Source: Octopus vulgaris
Taxonomy: Eukaryota
Reading direction: 5' to 3'
Assembly (NCBI GenBank): GCA_951406725.2
Contig: OX597836.1
Coordinates: 32,798,001-32,862,000, forward strand
Length of the DNA: 64,000 nucleotides
Shown: positions 55,430 through 64,000 of the stretch, one piece after another
Position numbering within the stretch: position 1 is the stretch's first letter
Layout: every line of letters begins with the position of its first letter
Translations under genes and position numbers: made by a program
Notes under the pieces: model-generated
What the model saw: the letters and a program-made list of their open reading frames with translations, nothing else
Database searches by the model: none
Told to the model about the DNA's origin: nothing

Positions 55430-55742
55430 CTGTGTAAATGCTTCATTTAATCTACAGCTCTTTTCTCTGAAATGTTCCACAATTATTGTCATATTTGCCC
55501 TCACTGTAACTACTACTGCTGCTGCTGCTATTACTACTACTATTACTACTACTGCTACTAATACTAATAATAATGATGATGATGATGATGATGATGATTT
55601 ACTACTGTCAGTACAACTACCAAAACCACCACAACTACTGCTACCACCACCATTGCTTCCACCACCATCACTTTTACCACCATCGCTTCCACCACCACTA
55701 CTGCCACAACCGTCACTACAACTACCACCGTCACTACTACTG

Positions 55743-55778
<36 letters not shown>

Positions 55779-56892
55779 TTACTACTACTACTACATTTTT
55801 TCCAAGTTACATTGTTTCTCTGGACCCTCGTCTGCGTCTGGGACAATGTCTCATCCACTTCAGTTTCAGCTTGTTTTGCCCATTCCATTCTAACTGATTA
55901 CATTAACTCTTCTTTGTGGGGCTTTTCTTCGAAAGCTGCAGGGGACACACACACATACACACAACACACACACAAACATACACACAACACTCTCACAGAC
56001 ACATATATTTACATACACAAACATGCACAACAACTGCACAAACATATACATACAGGTACACACACTATCATCATCATCGTTTAACGTCCGTTCTCCATGC
56101 TAGCATATATATATATATATATATATATTTATACACACACACATATATATATGTATGTATGCATGTATTCATACAAATTTGTAAATTTATAGACACACAC
56201 AAACAAACACACACACACACACACATATACATACAGTGTATATACACATGCACAATTATATATGCATACATTTATACATGCATACATACATATACAGATG
56301 TGTTTGTGTGTGTGTGTTTGTATCCATACAGAAATGTAAATATATATACACATACACACACACACATACATACACATTCGCTTTTACAGTTTCTTTTCTC
56401 TAAATCATTATCATGAAGCCAACCTCCATTTTTTCTTTCAATGCTCTCTAACATCAATCTAATTAGGCTAATTGTATGACTGTATACTTGGTCAATTTTT
56501 TCTCGTTAACAATAAAAGGACAAAGAATTTTTTTTTTTAATTTTCTTTTTTTTTTTTCGTAAACTAGGAAAACTCTAATTCCAACTTTTGCAATGATTCA
56601 TAATTCTTGTTCCTCCAAAGTCAGTTTCTTTACTTTATAAAGTACATCCTTCCCCTAATATCATCATCATCATCATCTTCTTTTTCTTCTTTTCCTCCTC
56701 CTCCTCCTTCTTCTTCATTTGGCATTCGTTTTCCATATTGACGGGTTGGATGGTACCAAAGAAGCTGGCAAGGTGGAGGGCTACACCAAACTCCATTTGT
56801 CCGTTTTGGCTTGCCTGGACTTGTGCCTGGGAGGGTAACTTTCTAGGTTCAATCCCATAGTCAGTCATGACCGAAGGGGGTCTCAGCATATA

Positions 56893-57458
56893 TTGGGTTG
56901 TCCAGAATGTTCATGCCAATTTTTAAAGGAAAGTAAAAGGTCAATAAATACTTGCCATTACATTTTTAATCAACCAAATATGAACCATTTTATTGCACAA
57001 TGCGTCTCCATCTTTCCTTTAACTTGAAAATACCTTCTTCCCAGAATTGAGGTGGTTTCAAAGCAAAGAATTCATCAAGGTACCTTTTTACGTAATCCAA
57101 GGAATTGAAATTTTTACCATTAAGACTATTCTGCAGAGACTTGAATAAGTGAAAATCTGAAGGAGCAATATCTGGTGAATATGGAGGGTGGGGCAACACA
57201 TCCCAGCCAAGCTGCGGCAATTTTTGTCTAGTTCCCAAAGCATCAAGTGCCGAAAATGAACTTTCTTATCTTCCATTTTAAAGGGTTACAGAATTAACAC
57301 AGGTTATAGGAACATAAACCTTCTTCCACGAAAAGATAGCTTTAAATGTGCTCTAAATGGAGGTGTAGTCAAATCCTATTTTATGGACTCAACCATGTTC
57401 TAAAATAAGTCGAAATGTAAGCTACTATAAATCTGCACGAACTTTCGGGACAACCCAA
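56893..57458 (-). mobile_element. Internally deleted mariner transposon
   Basis: TIRs ttgggttgtcc.../...ggacaacccaa in TA context; ORF 56990-57238 with LGWDVLPHPPYSPDIAPSDFHLF...W.EGI.KL.ERW. Confidence 0.92.
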
Positions 57459-57462
57459 GATA

Positions 57463-57498
<36 letters not shown>

Positions 57499-58349
57499 TG
57501 TATGTATGTATATATGATGGGCAGGCAGATAGATAGGCTGATTAAGGAGGATCAAGATCAGGGTATATTGAAGTGAAGCACATCACATTAATAGCTAAGC
57601 TGTAAAACAAATCAACAGGTTAATAATCAAGGAAGTTCTCTGGTATTTGGTAATCCTCAACTCTAAAAGTATCAAAAACTGAAGAGAATTTCATCGTGAT
57701 ATAAAATATCAGTAAAAGCGCAATATTGGATTACTCAATATTACTATATTCATTTCATTCACAGATATTTTATTATTATTTATTTATTTTTTTGTATTCT
57801 AACATCGTACAGGCAGCTATGCTTGAAGGGCAAAATCTATAAGATACAACACTTGTATGTATGTGTTTCCATATTTACAGCATATGTAAATGCACATTTA
57901 TATGCATATGTGCATGTATTAAGATACTTTTTAAAAAGTCCGGAACTTATTATTCTCGTCCCTTTTTTCATTCATTCATCTGCCTTCAACTTTACTTTGT
58001 ACACAAGGACACAGCCCTGCCTCCTAACTTAAACCTCTGACTTTTAAACATAGAGAAGGGTAAGACAAGGCAGGCTGGAAGATGTCTGAGGGGCAGGGGA
58101 ATATTCCGTGTCTTTTGTTGTTGCTTTTTTTTTGTTTTACTTTTTGTTTCTCTTTTCTGTCCTTTTTCTGGCAATTATCTCCCAAAGCTGATAGTTTCTC
58201 TAAACACAGAAACAGTCAGGCTCTCTCTCTCTCTCTCTTTTTCTCTTTCTCACACACACACACACACACACTCTCTCTCTCTCTCTCAGTCACATGTACA
58301 CATAAAAACACATACACACATATAAACTGTAATGTGTGTGTATATATAT

Positions 58350-58382
<33 letters not shown>

Positions 58383-58442
58383 TATATATGTGTGAGTGTG
58401 TGTGTATACATATATACACATATATATATAGATATATGTATG

Positions 58443-58494
<52 letters not shown>

Positions 58495-58871
58495 GAATAT
58501 ATACGAATATATATATATATATATGCTATATATATGTGTGTATATGTACTGTGTGTGTGTGTGTATGCAGATATACTCTGTGTATGTGTGTATGTATATA
58601 TATATATAAAGAGAGAGAGAGAAAGAGAGTGTGACAAATGGATATAGATATATATGCACACACACACATTCACAAAAGCATATGCACATAGACATACTCA
58701 AGCAGACATACACTCAATCACACTCACTCACACACACACACATCTACATACATGTACGCAAAGCACAAAAGCACATACACACAAAGACATGCACCAGAAA
58801 CGGACATTCAACATACACACAAACACAAACACACTCACACACAAATGCACACACACACGTACACACACACA

Positions 58872-58907
<36 letters not shown>

Positions 58908-59335
58908 CACAAAAGCACACACTCACAACCACGGACATAAATACAGAATGAAGATAACTGTTTCAAAATCAAAATATACCAAAGATACAGAGAGAGCCAG
59001 AGAAAAAACTTGTAAACACCAACATCATCATTATTCTGTCCACAAATGAATTATTTATAACATTGCCTGGTCCTGGGGCTTGGTATATTTAGACTTAGTT
59101 ATGGGTCATGTTTTATGGATGAGATGAGAGAGAAGCAGTGGCTTTTCCTTCTCTTCTTCTTCTCTTATTTTCTTCTCCATTGTTTTGTTTATATATATAT
59201 TTTGCTTTTGTTTATTTTTGGTTCAGTTTTATTCATTTTCGTATATTTTTCATTAATTTTGCTAGAGTTTTCTTTCATTTGTCTTGTCTCTCTCTTCTCT
59301 CTCTCTGTCTCCATCTCTCTCTCTCTCTCTGTCTC

Positions 59336-59395
<60 letters not shown>

Positions 59396-59874
59396 TCCCT
59401 CCCATTCATTCATTTATTCATTTGCTTGAAATAATATTGTTTTCTAATTTTGTTGTTTTATCTACTTTGTACACACGCGCACACACACACACACACACAC
59501 ATACACACACACACACACAATCATTATCATCATTTAACATCCGTTTCCCATATGTGTGTGTGTGCCTATATGTATATGTATATATATGCGTGTATATATA
59601 TATATATATATGTAAATATATATATATATATAGATATATAAGTGATCCAGGGATCAAAGTGTAGGAAGAAAGTTAGCTTCAAGCAATCCGTCCTAAATAT
59701 AAAAGAACAATTTCAGGTACAATAGAGGTTTATTGAGTCGGCAGGTTGTGGATTATTTTTCTTTATCGGAGAAAAATGAACAGAAAAATGTTCTTTTTAT
59801 ATTCAACAGTGGGTGACCAGGGTTGCTGAGAGTGTGTGAAAGAATACAAGAATTACAGAATGGAGTAGGGAAAA

Positions 59875-59967
59875 TCCGGGCTACATATGTTTTGTAGCAA
59901 GTGGAACCTCAGAAGTGGTAAAATCATAGCTAGGAATATACTGCCAGCTACTCTTCAGGCCAAGGAT
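59875..59967 (-). ncRNA. Type I hammerhead motif (Penelope-like), one core mutation
   Basis: Minus: atcc tt GGC CTGAAGA GTAGC [48 nt] GCTAC aAAA CATATG TA GCC c ggat. Palindromic stem III ACATATGT; G12>A at a CpG. Confidence 0.7.
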
Positions 59968-60139
59968 ATCTTGATTTGATTAAAGGCACTGCGTGGCACC
60001 TTGGACAAGTGTCTTCTACTATGGCCTCAGACTGACCAAAGCTTTTTAAGTGGATTTGGTAGACAGAAACTGAAAGAAGCCTGTCATATATGTGTGTGTG
60101 TATGTGTCTGTGTTTGCATACATACACACCTATTTCTTT

Positions 60140-60361
60140 ACCACCCACAAGGGGCTAAACACAGAGGGGACGAACAAGAACAGACAAATGGATTAAGTCA
60201 ATTAAATCGACCCCAGTGCGTAACTGGTACTTATTTAATTGACCCCGAAAGGATGAAAGGCAAAGTTGACCTCGGCAAAATTTGAACTCAGAACGTAGCG
60301 GCAGACGAAATACCGCTAAGCATTTTGCCCGGCGTGCTAACGATTCTGCCAGCTCGCCGCC
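60140..60361 (-). mobile_element. Young family B SINE
   Basis: Reverse complement ggcggcgagctggcagaatcgttagcacgccggg...gagttcaaat with CpGs retained. Confidence 0.85.
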
Positions 60362-60798
60362 CTGCATACATACATACATTTTATCACACTTGATTTATTG
60401 CACATTACTTAAAGTTTCATGCATGTGGGATTCATCAACTTCATCAGATATTCAGAGAAAGAGAGAAGAGAGAATAGGGAGGAAATATAAAATAGCCACT
60501 CGGAATAAAAGCCTTCATTGATTAATTCAAATTAAAGTGTTGTTTAAGCTATCAAAGAGACATCAGTTATTAAGCAAAATAACGATGTCCTTCTACTCTT
60601 TGGAAAAGCTCTGTAAATAAAACTATCACTTACTTGAAGCTAGGAAAAAAACTAGGAAAGAACTGGTGAGAGGAAGAGAATATACCCATAAAAACCTACT
60701 TTAACTAACTTCCTGTTTAACCTATGCAGTTATAGAAGACTTATTATTCAGATGAATGAATATATATGCATGGTTTGTGTGTAGATGTGTTGTATTAT

Positions 60799-61770
60799 TA
60801 ACCCTTTAGATTCAAAATTATATTTCATGGTTTATTCCAGTAATGACGTTAAATAACTACCAAAAGTTATGATTGATGTTTTCTGCAAGTTGTGTTGCCT
60901 CAGTTAACTTGATATGTCTCTACAAAATTTAGTTTCAAACATGACATTCCTCAACAAAAGATAGATTGGTGAATAAAAACTGCTTTCTGCAGTTAAGGGT
61001 AATGAAATTTTGATAGGATATATCTGATTTCTGCAGTAAAAGGGTTAAAGTAAAAATAGGAGACATTGGATCATGTGGTCTTGAATTTAGTGTAACTAGT
61101 AAAAAAAGTAGGACAGTCATGGTTGAAGTGTCTTTGATCACTGGTTTGACAAGGTCTCTTAACCCTGTCACTGTGAAATTAAATTACATGTTTATGCCAA
61201 TAATGATGTTAAATATCATTTTTTAAAAATCAGGATTGGCATTTTCTGCAAGTCACATTGCACCAATAAATTTGCCATATCTTAAGAGAAAATAGTTTCA
61301 AACATGACCTTCCTCAACAAAAGATAGATTGGTGTATAGAACTGCTTTCCATTGTTAAGGATAATGAAATTTTGAGTGGATATATCTGATTTCTGCAGCA
61401 AAAGGGTTAAAATAAAAGTAGGGAACATTAGATAATGTGGTCCTGAATTTAGAGTGTCTGAAGAAAAAAGTAGGACAGCCATGGCTGGAATGACTTTGGC
61501 CACAGGATTGATGAGGTTCCTTAACCCTTTCACTGTAAAATTAAATTTCAGGGTCATTCCAGTAATGATGTTAAATATCTACCTAAGAAATAGAATTGGA
61601 ATTTTCTGCAAGTCATGTTACCTCAATAAACTTATCATATCTCAACACAAAGTAGTTCCAAACATGATATTCCTCAACAAAAGACAGATTGGTGTATGGA
61701 ACTGCTTTCCACAGTTAAGAGTAAGGAAATTTTTGAGTGGAGATATCTGATTTCAGTAGTGAAAATTGTT
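60799..61770. repeat. Tandem array of an approximately 361-bp unit (TTAA-bounded MITE plus spacer), about 2.7 copies
   Basis: ttaaccct at about 60799, 61159 and 61521; gggttaa at about 61047 and 61409; homologous spacers. Confidence 0.8.
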
Positions 61771-62041
61771 GAAGACTTGATTATGTTTGAGTTTAATCTT
61801 GATGTTCCCTTACTACTTCTGCTCATGATCAGAGATGCACATATCGTCAGCCACTAAGGGACATGCTCAACTGGTTAAGGCCAAACAACTAACAAGCAAA
61901 TCTGTGGTATTGAGCAGAATATTTGCTGTAGCCCATCTTTTATACAAAGACAAAACAATGTACATGATTACACTTTCAATCAGTTATGATCAGAAGCCAT
62001 GGGAGCCACAGTCTGGTACTGCACCAAGGCATTTATTATCA

Positions 62042-62620
62042 TTACCTCTGCCTTAGCGAAGGCAGAGGTATTGTTGTCAGTTGTGTTTGTTGGTGTGTTT
62101 GTTTGTCTGTGGACAAGATATCTCAAGAACCGCTGGATGGATTCACATGAAACTTTCAGGGATGTTTGGCATTATGACTGGTACAAACTCATTAGATTTT
62201 GGGATCAATCCAGTACCGGACTAGTATTTTGGATTATTTGTTATATTTACTTTACTTTACATGATTACGATCTTATGTTAACTCTCAAGTCTTTCCCAAT
62301 TATCTCCCTTTAGACTGTAACTATTTTGAATTGTGAAGTTATTAACTTTGGCTTGTATTAGATAAGGATAAACTATTTATTACTGTTAGTAAATTTTCTG
62401 CAGCTGCCTTCACATTTCATGATTACCATTGGGATCGACCAGGTACCGGACAAGGATTCTGGATTATTTTTCCTGTTTTTTTTTACTTAATTTTTGAGAG
62501 CGGTCAGATTCATTTTTAGTATTCTCATTTGTGAGAGCAGTCGAGTTTATTTCTGATATTTTCATTTTAAAGAAGACGTTGGTGTTGCCTTGGCGGAGGT
62601 TTGTGCTCTCTGAGTGCTCT
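62042..62620 (+). mobile_element. Helentron/HINE-like element with internal insertion
   Basis: ttacctctgcctt..aaggcagaggta ... cttggcggaggtttgtgctctctgagtgc. Confidence 0.6.
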
Positions 62621-62774
62621 TATTATTGTTGTTATTATTATTATTATTTTTATTACTATCATCATCATTATTATTCTGCTGAGGTTGACTTTGCCTTTCA
62701 TCCTTTCAGGATCAATGCAAATGACAAGTACCCCCTCCCCTGAAATTTTATGCTTTCTGCCTAAAGTAGAACGG

Positions 62775-63405
62775 ATCATTATCATCATCCTCCTCATCAT
62801 TGTCATTGTTGTCGTCATCATCCTCATCATCATTAACATTGTCTTCATCATCATCCTCATCATCACTATCATCATCGTTGTCATTGTCATCATTGTTGTT
62901 GTCATCATCATCACCATCGTCATAGTCATCGTCATCATCATTGTTGTCATCATCCTCATCATCATTATCATTGTTTTCATCATCATCATCATCATCATCG
63001 TCATCATCATCATCATTATTATTCTCATCATCATCCTCATCATCATCAGTGTCATCATCATCGCCCTCATCATCATTATCATTTTCTTCATCATCATCGT
63101 CACCCCATCCTCTTCCTCCTCCTCCTCCTCAACATCATCATCACCACCATCATCGTCGTCATTGTCATCGTCATCATCGTCGTCATCATCATTGTTGTCA
63201 TCATCATCCTCATCATCATTATCATTGTTTTCAACATCATCATCACTACCATCATCGTCATCGTCATTGTTGTCATTATCACTCATCGTCATCCTCATCA
63301 TCATCAGTGTCGTCATCATAATCATCACCCTCATCACCATAATCATTTTATTCATCATCATCATCATCATCCCCCATCCTCCTCCTCATCATCATCATCA
63401 TGATC
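62775..63405. repeat. Degenerate (CAT)n low-complexity tract
   Basis: Seen directly. Confidence 0.95.
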
Positions 63406-64000
63406 ATTATAATTGTATGGATATTTTTGCACTCTTGACCCAAACTGCCCAATTTTTTTCTAACTTGTCCTTCTAATAAACCCCTCCATACAGTTGCCCG
63501 TGTGGCAAAATCAAAAAAAAAAAACACCATTGCTGTTGTTGTTGTTTTTGTTATCATTATTATTATTATTGCTTTGGGGTTTTGATTTTTTCCTTTTTCT
63601 TTTTTTTCTTTACTGACCTGCTTGTTTATTTATTTATATTCAACTGGGAATAAGATTATATTTCATTCTAAAAACATAACTGAATATAAAATGGGTTTTA
63701 TTTTTATTTTTTATTTTTGTTTTTGCATTAGTTGGTTTTACTGTTTTTTTTTTGTTAGGGATTTCTTTATATGTTTTTTTAATTCTCTGATAGAGTTCCT
63801 TCCTCTCCATCACTATCTTCTCTCTCTCTATCTTTCTTTCTCTCTCTCTGTATATCATTCACTCTCTCTTTGGAGTTCTTTTCTCTTTATCTTTGTATGT
63901 CTGGCTACTTCTTCCTTTTTTTTCTCCTGGTTCAGCAACGAAAGAAGAGAGAGAGAGAGAGAAAGAGAGAAGGAGACAGATAGACAGACAGAGTGAGAGA

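Noticed and set aside
55272-56084. 270-aa proline/leucine-rich ORF; likewise 52254-52979 and 62567-63476
   Set aside because: Trinucleotide low-complexity tracts open in several frames on both strands.
56990-57238. Possible SETMAR-like host gene
   Set aside because: Only the transposase C-terminus between TIRs and no SET domain; it is a deleted mariner.
37100-60750. Search of unique stretches (37100-38270, 46900-47100, 50500-51000, 52980-53170, 60420-60750) for the next otoferlin exon
   Set aside because: No frame gave ferlin-like peptide with splice sites by eye; a short exon could have been missed.

Overview
AT-rich, microsatellite-saturated eukaryotic DNA whose repeat landscape matches an octopus (coleoid cephalopod) genome; the taxon is inferred from the SINE families. 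Only one convincing coding exon was found: a 158-bp + strand otoferlin exon (33350-33507), so the window is probably two very large introns. The rest is tRNA-headed SINEs, RTE-tail repeats, R4/Dong, RTE and other LINE fragments, mariner, hAT and piggyBac-like MITEs, a Helitron, Helentron-like elements and simple repeats. Almost all ORFs in the track are microsatellite artefacts. The most notable signal is a diverse set of short Penelope-like terminal elements, mostly embedded in (TA)n or (TAA)n, that carry hammerhead ribozyme motifs, often as head-to-head foldbacks. Two sequence-unrelated loci (32038-32107 minus, 40230-40305 plus) have intact hammerhead cores whose three strands occur in a non-circularly permuted order, with different but complementary stems. 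All structures were paired by eye; none was computed or tested.
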